From a virus (Duplodnaviria; Caudoviricetes): a stretch of 64,000 nucleotides of DNA. The stretch covers positions 1 through 64,000 of the IMG/VR virus record IMGVR_UViG_3300005330_000014; one strand, written 5' to 3'. The position numbers were made by a program, and so were the translations under genes. Positions 63,798-64,000 of the stretch are shown here, one piece after another. Each line of letters starts with the position of its first letter. Within the stretch, counting starts at the first letter, position 1. The notes below the pieces were generated by a model. That model made no database searches. It was not told the DNA's origin and was given only the letters and a program-made list of their open reading frames with translations.

Positions 63798-64000
63798 GTA
63801 GTTTAAAGTTAATTTTTATTATTTATTTATTTCGCTTCTGACGGTATGGGAATAACTCGGGATATTTTGCACGATACCTGCAAACTATATTATTTATCTC
63901 TTTTATTTTCCATTTGGCTGACAGTTCTTGTACGCTTAAGCCATTTTTCCAATCAATAGAACGCTGTAAAGCTAATTCTTTAGACTGTTTTCTTATTCCG

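Noticed and set aside
1-64000. CRISPR array or integron cassette array
   Set aside because: There are no regularly spaced 25-45 nt direct repeats. TAAC/GTTA intergenic runs do not form attC-like RYYYAAC...GTTRRRY inverted structures, and no integrase is present.
1-64000. Stop-codon reassignment
   Set aside because: Core genes translate full length in code 11, TAA/TAG/TGA all terminate genes, and no suppressor tRNA was found.

Overview
This window is 64 kb of a large, AT-rich (roughly one-third GC by eye) tailed dsDNA phage genome. A long tape measure, a tail tube and no sheath in the window suggest a siphovirus-like virion. A GH108 endolysin and a u-spanin-like lipoprotein suggest a Gram-negative host. 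There are three blocks. (1) 1-37.0 kb is a minus-strand late block: tape measure, tail and neck genes, major capsid, decoration protein, protease/scaffold, lysis cassette, portal, terminase, ERCC4 nuclease, phage sigma factor and PhoH, plus three free-standing homing endonucleases. It is marked by a recurrent AGTGTAAA late-promoter-like motif. (2) 37.1-44.7 kb is a plus-strand block: protein phosphatase, RNA ligase, CYTH enzyme, C39-like peptidase, two tRNAs and many small ORFs. (3) 45-64 kb is a minus-strand early/host-takeover-like block: small ORFs, sigma70 promoters, terminators, two tRNAs, a RuvB-like ATPase and basic DNA-binding proteins. The most notable observations are: a RimK-like ATP-grasp ligase domain embedded in the tape measure between repeated xAxGxxP motifs; two apparently homologous ORF-less transcription units (candidate new sRNA family); a highly iterated CCGCGCGG palindrome present in all reading frames; a RuvB-like motor near a protein with a RuvA-domain-III-like segment; terminators followed by GTAC at a fixed 9-nt spacing; a ~340-nt structured RNA; and a tRNA-Asn with a long variable arm. 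All assignments come from manual motif reading; no database searches or folding programs were run.
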